Part shown: piece by piece, positions 63,957 to 64,000 of the stretch
Numbering within the stretch: the stretch's first letter is position 1
Layout: every line of letters begins with the position of its first letter
From: Amoebophrya sp. A120
Lineage: Eukaryota; Protista; Dinoflagellata
Direction: 5' to 3'
Length of the DNA: 64,000 bases
Assembly (NCBI GenBank): GCA_905178155.1
Contig: CAJINV010000001.1
Location: 11,280,640 to 11,344,639 of the forward strand
Position numbers and translations under genes: made by a program
Notes under the pieces: model-generated
Told to the model about the DNA's origin: nothing
Databases searched by the model: none
Seen by the model: the letters and a program-made list of their open reading frames with translations, nothing else

Positions 63957-64000
63957 CCCGGATCCCGGACCCCCCCCCTCCCCTCCCCCCCCCTCCCCCC
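63957..64000. repeat. C-rich low-complexity tract (G-quadruplex-capable on - strand), truncated by the window edge
   Basis: ccggatcccggac followed by poly-C runs broken by single T. Confidence 0.6.

Noticed and set aside
1-64000. CRISPR arrays, rRNA/tRNA genes, dinoflagellate spliced-leader copies, autonomous transposase
   Set aside because: None recognised by eye; a covariance-model or HMM search would be needed to exclude them.

Overview
Eukaryotic, intron-containing DNA. An alveolate origin is most likely, probably a Syndiniales/Amoebophrya-like dinoflagellate relative; this is inferred from an ApiAP2-type gene, long unidirectional gene arrays and non-canonical inverted-repeat introns. 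Every gene I can support left of ~40.2 kb is on the + strand: AP2 protein, EF-hand-like membrane protein, giant type II PI4-kinase, OTU deubiquitinase, tetraspanin-like/PAN protein, ankyrin protein, IF1-like protein and TMEM209-like protein. Every gene right of ~42.8 kb is on the - strand: coiled-coil protein, Ser-rich protein, membrane protein, FHA-TFIIS-N protein, DnaJ and VAT-1-like oxidoreductase. Two structures stand out. (1) Six elements with TAT...ATA termini, terminal inverted repeats, 5-bp target-site duplications and a shared GCATGACA motif sit inside coding exons. The reading frame is restored by removing the element plus one TSD copy, and none of these junctions can be GT-AG. (2) The two gene arrays converge on a ~2.2 kb AT-rich island. 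It holds a 702-bp element with three separate inverted-repeat boxes on exactly the same symmetry axis (41945.5), separated by equal-length but sequence-divergent spacers, and its termini are related to the intronic elements. Gene models were assembled by eye, so some boundaries are approximate.
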